Shown here piece after piece: positions 56,967 through 64,000 of a stretch of 64,000 nucleotides of DNA; the stretch's first letter is position 1, and each line of letters starts with the position of its first letter. Where the stretch lies: assembly GCA_963677485.1 (NCBI GenBank), contig OY781964.1, forward strand, positions 4,192,001-4,256,000, read 5' to 3'. A model generated the notes under the pieces. It did no database searches. It saw only the letters and a program-made list of their open reading frames with translations, and was not told where the DNA came from. The position numbers were made by a program, and so were the translations under genes. This DNA is from Armatimonadota bacterium (GTDB lineage Bacteria; Armatimonadota; HRBIN16).

Positions 56967-57120
56967 GCAGGTGGCGACACGATGAGTAACTGCTCAGCCA
57001 TCGTCGACGGGTTCCATCGACCTGCTAAAGCAGGCCTTGTCACCCGTCGCTGATCAAATGGCTGCCCGCTGAAGCGGACGCCTTTCGACTTCGCAGCGTC
57101 CGCAGGCGGTTACTGTGGCA
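56967..57120 (+). repeat. Structured repeat motif, copy B (copy A at about 18833-18984, opposite strand)
   Basis: 57002-57019 is the reverse complement of 18917-18934 (18/18); 57040-57069 is the reverse complement of 18872-18901 (29/30). Confidence 0.8.
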
Positions 57121-57127
57121 AAGAAAT

Positions 57128-57171
57128 GACAATCAGGGCAGGATTTGGTGCCTGCCCTGATTGTCTGTTTT
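57128..57171. terminator. Bidirectional terminator
   Basis: Perfect 15-bp stem GACAATCAGGGCAGG/CCTGCCCTGATTGTC with T-rich 3' and A-rich 5' flanks. Confidence 0.85.
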
Positions 57172-57189
57172 GGTTTGAGAGGCTTTACT

Positions 57190-59895
57190 CTACCACTCGA
57201 CACGAACCTGCTGGATGCTGTGAATCGAACTCTTTCCTATGGAGACCACCGCGAGGCTGGTTTTGTCGTCCCACTTGCAGGAAGCGAGTTTGCCGTTCAC
57301 AGTCACGCGTTTGGGCTGTTTCACGAGGTGCATATCCAGCCGATATCCGCGTTGCTTGGGCTGAGCTTTGTATGTGCCCGACGCAGGCGCTACGGTGATA
57401 CTCAGGCTGTTCAAGGACTGCATCTGCATCTTAATGGACGTCCAAGAACACTGGTTGTTTTTGTAGTGGAGTGAGGTGCCATCGTCTTCATAGAGTTTAA
57501 ATGAGCCGTTCTGCCCAGGGTAGATATCCAAAATCAACGGATCGATGGGCTTCTGGCTGCTGAACTCCATATCTGGCTGCATGGGGATAATCGCACCCTG
57601 ACGCACAAACACAGGAAGGCGATCGAGCGGACAGGTATACTTAACGGTCTGACCGCCCTGGTAACGCTGACCTGTGAAGTAGTCGACCCACACCCCAGCA
57701 GGGAAATAGATGTTACGTGTTGCTTTCCCGTTTGTGGCGGGTGTCACGATGGGCGCCACCAGCATTTCCTTACCCAACAGATACTCGTCAAAGTGGTTGT
57801 AAGCTTCGTTGTCGTTGGGATACTCCAGATAGAGCGGGCGGCTTAGCGGCAGCCCGGTGTCGTAAGCTTCACGGCAATAGGTATACAGGTATGGGATCAA
57901 CCGGTACCGTTGGGTTACGAATTTCCGGGCCAGGTTGAGGCCTTTATCGCCATAGTTCCAGGGCATCCGAGCATTGCCTTCCTCTGGATTCTCATGACAG
58001 CTATGCAGTCGGAATATGGGGCTGAAGGCTCCGAACTGTACCCAGCGGGCGTAAAGCTCGTAGTTGTCTTTCAGATTGCCCACAAACCCGCCGATATCAT
58101 GGGTGACATAGGGGATGAGCACATTGCCGGATTTTACCGTCAAAGGTACTTCGTAGTTCAGCACCTTCCATGTCGACCAGGCGTCACCGGTGAAGAATCC
58201 GGGGTACCGATGCGATCCAGGCCCACCATATCGGCTAAAGATGAAGCTGCGTTCGCCTGTATGCTTCTCCTGAGCGGTGTAATACATGCGGTTAGTCCAC
58301 ATCTGCGAATTTAGTCCTGGCATATTCGCATAGTCGCCGTCTATCCACCAGAAGTCAAGCCCTTGATCCACAATTTCGTTGAGATAGTCGGTATAGACAG
58401 TGGCTTCTTTCTTGTCTGCCAGATTGAATCGAACGCCCTGAACCCCATACGATTCGGTGCCCAGAACCATCGGCAGTTTGGTGAATCCACCGTTGTTTCC
58501 CCAGTCCAGCACGCGGAGCGCAATCAGATTCCGGCCAGTGGGCTTAAGGTAACCACTGATCTCAGTTTCGGTGAGTTTGTCATATACGCTATTGCCTGGT
58601 GAACCATACTTCGCCACCATCTTGCCGTTGATATAGAGTTCGTATTCGTCATCGACACCACCAAAGCTAAGGAAGACTTTACCAGTCTGCATCTTCGCAG
58701 GCAGTTCCACCCATTTACGGAACCATCCATATCCATCGTATTTCGGGTAACCAGCCTGCTCCCACATAGTGGCTTTCGCCATCCTTGGCCACGAAGAGTC
58801 GTCATATTCGGTTTGAGACCAGCCTTGAGCCATACCCTGGTTGGAAGGGTCGACTTGGAATATCCAATCCGTGCTGATGTCCATCTTTACACGGTCACTG
58901 ATGCTGGGTTTACCTAGCTTCTTGAGTGCATCGTTAATTCTGGTGTCCAGTATTGATAGACCTGAACTGGGGTGGTCATTAGCTGATGTTTTGATCCCAT
59001 TTTCGTGCAGCTTCTTCAGAAAGGCTGTGGGATCCTTGAACACCGGGCTCCAGTCGAGGCCACCATCCCAGCCGTGGAGATGCCATCCAAAGTCAAATAC
59101 GAACACATCCAGCGGTATGTGCTCTGTACGGAAGCGCTCGACGAGTGACCAGAGATACTTCTCGTCAGTTTTCTGGTTGTTATACTCGAAGTTGATATCA
59201 GTGATCCATGCACCTAGCACATACCGAGGTGCCATGGGGATGCGGCCAGTTAAGGTCGTATACTCGCTGAAAAAGTGTTTAAAGTCTTTGCCATAGACGA
59301 ACAGGTACCAGTCTTTGCTCTCTTTGGAACTCCGCGGGGTAATCCACTGGTCGTGAGTATCCCATACCGGCGTGCTGCTGTCATCAAAGAAGCAGAACCC
59401 ATTTCGGCTCAAGAAACCATCGGGTAGACCGGGCAGGGTGTTCTGGGGCATGGTTTGCTCATAGATCGAGTTAAAGCTAGGCATAGGACCACCCAGATTT
59501 TGGTCGTCATATATCCCAGAACTCCATTCGTGGTGTCTTGTCGAGTCCTGCCAGACCGCACGAAGATTCTCTGAATTGAAATTGCCAGATCCCACGCGGT
59601 ATCGTAACAGCACTTTGGGGGTGCTGATTTGCAGCCAGCCGTTCTTTTCACTCGTCTTGAACTGCTTTGTGCTCATCGAGCGGTTGGTGACGATGGCAGT
59701 TGGTGCATCTGTGAATGATCCGTATTGCATGCGGATGAGGGTGGTAGATAGAACGTCAAACCGCGCCTGTCCACAGGTGACCTGGTTACCGGCTTGCACG
59801 AAATCTGCCCCACGAACTGGTGCCATGACGAGACAGAATATCACCGGCATTAAGATGCCGGAAATCACCTTTCGGATGCTTATATTAGTAGACAT
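57190..59895 (-). CDS. GH31 glycoside hydrolase with an inserted sugar-binding jelly-roll domain
   Basis: IPLDVFVFDFGWH, FWWID, HRYPGFFTGD, HDIGG, RWVQFGAFSPIFRLH and LYEDDG motifs; signal peptide; GGAG RBS before ATG 59895. Confidence 0.9.
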   Translation of the reverse strand: MSTNISIRKVISGILMPVIFCLVMAPVRGADFVQAGNQVTCGQARFDVLSTTLIRMQYGSFTDAPTAIVTNRSMSTKQFKTSEKNGWLQISTPKVLLRYRVGSGNFNSENLRAVWQDSTRHHEWSSGIYDDQNLGGPMPSFNSIYEQTMPQNTLPGLPDGFLSRNGFCFFDDSSTPVWDTHDQWITPRSSKESKDWYLFVYGKDFKHFFSEYTTLTGRIPMAPRYVLGAWITDINFEYNNQKTDEKYLWSLVERFRTEHIPLDVFVFDFGWHLHGWDGGLDWSPVFKDPTAFLKKLHENGIKTSANDHPSSGLSILDTRINDALKKLGKPSISDRVKMDISTDWIFQVDPSNQGMAQGWSQTEYDDSSWPRMAKATMWEQAGYPKYDGYGWFRKWVELPAKMQTGKVFLSFGGVDDEYELYINGKMVAKYGSPGNSVYDKLTETEISGYLKPTGRNLIALRVLDWGNNGGFTKLPMVLGTESYGVQGVRFNLADKKEATVYTDYLNEIVDQGLDFWWIDGDYANMPGLNSQMWTNRMYYTAQEKHTGERSFIFSRYGGPGSHRYPGFFTGDAWSTWKVLNYEVPLTVKSGNVLIPYVTHDIGGFVGNLKDNYELYARWVQFGAFSPIFRLHSCHENPEEGNARMPWNYGDKGLNLARKFVTQRYRLIPYLYTYCREAYDTGLPLSRPLYLEYPNDNEAYNHFDEYLLGKEMLVAPIVTPATNGKATRNIYFPAGVWVDYFTGQRYQGGQTVKYTCPLDRLPVFVRQGAIIPMQPDMEFSSQKPIDPLILDIYPGQNGSFKLYEDDGTSLHYKNNQCSWTSIKMQMQSLNSLSITVAPASGTYKAQPKQRGYRLDMHLVKQPKRVTVNGKLASCKWDDKTSLAVVSIGKSSIHSIQQVRVEW

Positions 59896-59986
59896 ATGGG
59901 ACTCCTTTATCACTGAGCGATCGTGTAGACTCTACCATTTATGATATATCCTGGCAAATATGCATACTAGACCAATTTAGTGTAGA

Positions 59987-60014
59987 TTGACATTAGCGGT
60001 AGAAGATGTATAAT
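59987..60014 (+). promoter_or_regulatory. Consensus sigma70 promoter upstream of the APC permease
   Basis: TTGACA-N16-TATAAT. Confidence 0.7.
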
Positions 60015-60295
60015 AGCTCAGGTATCACCATGAATATGGATGTAACGAGACGTCTACCACTCTGCGCTGCTTGCAGAATACCACAAGATGATGCTGTCGG
60101 CTATTCACCCAATGAAGCAACCTATAAACCGGTCATGAAAGCCGGTATATTAATAGACACCGGGTCATCAGATCCGGCGCGGCAGACGGATAATCTGCCC
60201 TAATCGGTAGCATGTTACTTTTCGGACAACCAATACGACATTGAGGCCGCATGAACTTTCCGGGTGACAGCCACTAAGGTATATACAGGCTAAAA

Positions 60296-62209
60296 ATGAA
60301 TATCAGTTCGAAACAGTTCCGCCGCTTCCTGTTCGGTCGCCCTCTCTCCTCTGACAAACTTGCCCATCAAAGGCTACCTAAATTCCTGGCATTACCTGTG
60401 TTCTCATCGGACGCATTGTCGTCTGTTGCATACGGAACCCAGGAGATTCTGCTCCAGGCCACAGCTATAGGAATGGCTGGACTAGCCATCACGATACCGG
60501 TCGCAGCGGCGATCATCTTCGTGCTGGTTTTAGTGTCCATCTCATACACCCAGACGATATATGCCTACCCCAGCGGTGGCGGCAGCTATATTGTGGCTAG
60601 GGAAAACTTAAGCACCAATATGGGGCTGTTAGCGGCTGCCGCTTTGTTGACCGACTATGTGCTCACGGTTGCCGTATCAATTGCCTCCGGGGTGCAGCAG
60701 ATCACCTCGTTCTTCCCACATTTGGCGCACATGCACATGGAAGTACCCTTGTGCTTACTGTCGGTGGCTGTGGTGACGCTTGCTAATTTGCGGGGAGCCA
60801 AAGAATCGGGATGGTTCTTCAGTATGCCCACCTATTTCTTTCTCATCTGCATGTTGGTGATGGTGGGTGTGGGTATTTTTGGACCGATGCTGGGTTACCA
60901 TCTGATGGCATATTCTGATGTGATGACACCGGCCGAACGCGCGCAGTATGCAGCCTGGCAGATCCACCAGCATGGCCTGGCTGTCCAACTGAGTGGGTTT
61001 GCGATGGTCGCGATCGCCCTCAAAGCCTTCGCCTCAGGGTGTTCTGCCTTGACTGGTGTTGAAGCCATTTCGAACGGAGTGCAGGCGTTCAAGAAGCCTG
61101 AGAGCAAAAATGCAGCTCAGACACTGGCGGCGATGGCGATACTTCTGGGCATCATGTTCCTGGGCATGAGCTACCTGGCTCAGACCAACCATGTGATTTA
61201 TGCCCATGGTTTTGACCACCAGACGGTGGTAGCCTGGGTGAGCCGTATTGTGTTCCACAATAACCCTGTGGTGGTGGGCACTGTCCTGTTTAGCACGGCC
61301 ATCATATTACTGTTGGCGGCCAATACCAGTTATGCCGACTTCCCGCGGCTGGTGGCGATTTTGGCACGTGATCGGTTCATGCCGAGGCAGCTTAGCAATC
61401 TGGGCGACCGGCTGGTTTTTGCCAACGGCATCGTGATGCTGGGCATATTTAGCTGCGTTTTGATTGTGGCCTTCCATGGAAAGACAGATAAGTTGATCCC
61501 GCTGTACGCGGTAGGCGTATTCCTGAGCTTCACATTGTCTCAGGCGGGTATGGTACGGCACTGGTTTCGCGACAGGGGAAAACACTGGCAGACCAAGGCG
61601 TTATTCAATGGAATGGGTGCAGTCGCCACATTCATAGTGCTCAGCGTGATAGTTTATGAAAAAACGCTTGAAGGTGCATGGGTCGTCATCATCATCATTC
61701 CGGTCTTGATGGCCATGTTCACTATGATCAATAAGCATTATGAACGCCTGCGCGAAATGCTTCGGATGGCCGATGATGAAAAAGCCGTTGAAGCCACAGA
61801 CAGGCCGCATACTGTACTAGTTCTTCTTGACCGTTTACACCGTGGCAACATCAAAGCGCTGCGGTATGCGAAATTGCTCAGCAATGACGTTCGTGCGGTG
61901 CGGGTTGAGGTGCATCAGGATGCCAAAGTGAGTGAGATGGTGCGGCGTGAGTGGAACCAGTGGGGCGGGGATATCCCGCTGGTGAACATCGCTTCGCCTT
62001 ATCGGTCGTTGTTTGAACCGATCGTGGAATATGTGAAGCAGGTGCGAGAGGACCGGCCCGATCATATCGTGACGGTAATCCTCCCCGAGTTCATCGTCGA
62101 TAAGTGGTATTACCGTGTGCTTCATGCCAACCATGCTACCATGTTGAGGCATGCATTGGGAAACATACGTGGTGTGATCATCACCGGGGTGAGATTTTAC
62201 ACGGACTAG
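60296..62209 (+). CDS. APC-family permease, KimA/YdaO-like K+ transporter
   Basis: SSDALSSVAYG, YPSGGGSY, ALTGVEAISNGV, AANT...DFPRL, LIPLYAVGVF and SPYRS motifs; cytoplasmic C-terminal domain. Confidence 0.88.
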   Translation: MNISSKQFRRFLFGRPLSSDKLAHQRLPKFLALPVFSSDALSSVAYGTQEILLQATAIGMAGLAITIPVAAAIIFVLVLVSISYTQTIYAYPSGGGSYIVARENLSTNMGLLAAAALLTDYVLTVAVSIASGVQQITSFFPHLAHMHMEVPLCLLSVAVVTLANLRGAKESGWFFSMPTYFFLICMLVMVGVGIFGPMLGYHLMAYSDVMTPAERAQYAAWQIHQHGLAVQLSGFAMVAIALKAFASGCSALTGVEAISNGVQAFKKPESKNAAQTLAAMAILLGIMFLGMSYLAQTNHVIYAHGFDHQTVVAWVSRIVFHNNPVVVGTVLFSTAIILLLAANTSYADFPRLVAILARDRFMPRQLSNLGDRLVFANGIVMLGIFSCVLIVAFHGKTDKLIPLYAVGVFLSFTLSQAGMVRHWFRDRGKHWQTKALFNGMGAVATFIVLSVIVYEKTLEGAWVVIIIIPVLMAMFTMINKHYERLREMLRMADDEKAVEATDRPHTVLVLLDRLHRGNIKALRYAKLLSNDVRAVRVEVHQDAKVSEMVRREWNQWGGDIPLVNIASPYRSLFEPIVEYVKQVREDRPDHIVTVILPEFIVDKWYYRVLHANHATMLRHALGNIRGVIITGVRFYTD

Positions 62210-62244
62210 GCGTATAAGGTCAGTAATATGACCAACCGATAGAA

Positions 62245-62307
62245 GGGTATATCGCTACTTTTGTTGTATATAAGGCTAGTATACAGCGCAAACGAGCGAC
62301 GATACCC
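62245..62307. other. Imperfect long hairpin in intergenic region
   Basis: GGGTAT..TCGCT..TGTTGTATA ... TATACAGCG..AGCGA..ATACCC. Confidence 0.4.
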
Positions 62308-62327
62308 ACACTATACGAGGTTATTTA

Positions 62328-64000
62328 ATGTCCTATAAATACATACTGCGTCTGGCTATTCAACCGAGATTCCACGAAAAAGAACGATTTGATTCTATGG
62401 TGGAGTTCTGCCAGCAGGCGCAGATTGACGACGTCATGTTTTTCATCAACTGCGAAGAGCTCAATCAGGGTCACCTGACCAGAGAGCAGACAATGCCCTG
62501 GCTTGATCTGATTGCTCGGGCACAGCAGATACTGAAACCAATGGGAATCACCACCTCTATTAACCCCTGGATCACCACGCTGCATACCGACCGCGGCCGC
62601 AAGCTGCAGACAGGGCAAGATTTCACCACCATGGTGGACCCATATGGTCAGGTCTCGACTGCCGTGGCCTGCCCCTTGTGTCCAGAATGGCAAAGCTACA
62701 TTACCGATATGTTCGCGTTATATGCCAGCATCAAGCCGCACATGGTGTGGGTAGAAGATGATTTCCGTCTGCACAACCATGCTCCTTTGCAGTGGGGAGG
62801 CTGTTTCTGCCCGCTGCATATGCAGCAGTTTTCGCAAAAAGCGGGCCATGAGCTCAGCCGCGAACAGTTCGTAGCCGGATTGCTGCAGCCCGGCGAGCCG
62901 CATCCATACCGCAAGATATGGCTGGACACCGCCCGCGAAAGCATGGCCGACCTGGCTGAAAAGATAGGGCAGGCGGTTCATGCCGTTTCGCCCGATACCC
63001 GCGTTGGCCTGATGAGCTCCAGCCCCACGGTCCACTGTGCAGAAGCCCGGAACTGGGAAGCTATCCTTCATGGTCTGGCAGGCGACAACGTGCCCATGGT
63101 GTTACGGCCGCATCTGCCCGCATATCAGGGAACTGCAGGGCAGCACTATCTGATGGGCTTTTCCGATGTGACGCAGATGACTCAGGCCTCAGTGCCCTCA
63201 AGCACGGAGTTATATCCTGAACTCGAAAGCTTCCCCGATACCCGCTTCACAAAGTCCAGAGCGTTCACGCGGCTGCAACTGGAGACCTCTCTGCTGATTG
63301 GTTCTCAAGGCATCACGTTGAATATATTCGACATGATGGGCAACGGGGCGATGATGACCGAGGGCTACCAGCAAACCTTAGCCGAAGTCAAGCCGTTGCT
63401 GAACAGTATACAGGCACTGGGATTGACGCGCGAAAGCCGATCTGGGGTACGCGTGCTGTTTGACCCACTGGCGTCCTACGATATCCACACCTCGCAGGGT
63501 CATGGGATGCATGAGCTCTACCCGTATAACTCGTTCTGGTCTAGCCTTTTGAGCGCGTTTTGTGTGAGCAACCGCTATGACTCGGAATTGGTGCCAGAGG
63601 GCTGCGCGGTGGCGGTCTCCGGGCAGTATTTCCGAGGCCGCAGCCGCGAAGAGCTTCAAGCACTGTTTGACACGCACTTCGTGATGCTGGAAGCCGAAGC
63701 CGCGTATGTTCTGTGCGAACTGGGGTATGGCGCCATGGCAGGTATCAAGAGCGCCAAATGGGTGGCTCAGGACTCTGGTGTGGTGTCGTATGAGCAGATA
63801 TGTGACGGATCGGTGTATAGCGGTCTGGAAGAGGCACGGCTATCGGGGCAAAATTCCTGTGGTGACTACCTGGATATAGAGTATCTCAACACCCCCACGG
63901 TGCTGTCCCAGATGAAGAGTCCGGCTGGTGACACGGCAGGTGTGGGTTGCGCGGTGGTGGATGGGCGTGTGTTCGTGCTGCCTTACGGCCACTTCGGGAT
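62328..64000 (+). CDS. Glycoside-hydrolase-like TIM-barrel hypothetical protein, 3'-truncated (absent from the ORF track)
   Basis: GAGG RBS then ATG; the part translated by hand reads MSYKYILRLAIQP...ACPLCPEW...WVEDDFRLHNH...GGCFCPLH; appears to run off the window end. Confidence 0.75.
   Translation, partial: MSYKYILRLAIQPRFHEKERFDSMVEFCQQAQIDDVMFFINCEELNQGHLTREQTMPWLDLIARAQQILKPMGITTSINPWITTLHTDRGRKLQTGQDFTTMVDPYGQVSTAVACPLCPEWQSYITDMFALYASIKPHMVWVEDDFRLHNHAPLQWGGCFCPLHMQQFSQKAGHELSREQFVAGLLQPGEPHPYRKIWLDTARESMADLAEKIGQAVHAVSPDTRVGLMSSSPTVHCAEARNWEAILHGLAGDNVPMVLRPHLPAYQGTAGQHYLMGFSDVTQMTQASVPSSTELYPELESFPDTRFTKSRAFTRLQLETSLLIGSQGITLNIFDMMGNGAMMTEGYQQTLAEVKPLLNSIQALGLTRESRSGVRVLFDPLASYDIHTSQGHGMHELYPYNSFWSSLLSAFCVSNRYDSELVPEGCAVAVSGQYFRGRSREELQALFDTHFVMLEAEAAYVLCELGYGAMAGIKSAKWVAQDSGVVSYEQICDGSVYSGLEEARLSGQNSCGDYLDIEYLNTPTVLSQMKSPAGDTAGVGCAVVDGRVFVLPYGHFG

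Noticed and set aside
60015-60295. c-di-AMP (ydaO) riboswitch
   Set aside because: Expected from gene context, but the conserved motifs are absent; kept only as an unknown leader.

Overview
Bacterial chromosomal window, probably from an Armatimonadota-like diderm. This is inferred from the dockerin-like C-terminal tails, the MlaEFD system with a long MlaD, and the glycoside hydrolase content; it was not tested phylogenetically. Positions 1-44 kb are mostly housekeeping genes: rng, ubiD/mqnL, trxA, rpmH-rnpA-yidD-yidC-jag, purN, ispE, infC-rpmI-rplT, pheST, tRNA-Arg, glmU-pth, mlaEFD, rplI, dnaB and purD. These are interspersed with carbohydrate-active enzymes and palindromic repeats. Positions 44.5-54.4 kb are an accessory tandem array of secreted RCC1-repeat proteins with a dockerin-like tail. 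A fourth, decayed copy is split by a 1656-bp element (50285-51940) that has no terminal inverted repeats, is flanked by TTAG on both sides, has a terminal hairpin, and encodes one protein with Rep_trans-like motifs. It is a candidate unclassified rolling-circle-type transposon. A second notable signal is a roughly 150-nt multi-hairpin motif present twice (18.8-19.0 kb and 57.0-57.1 kb). Its core is conserved, its hairpins differ in sequence, and each copy lies 3' of a glycoside hydrolase gene. No CRISPR array, rRNA or oriC was found.
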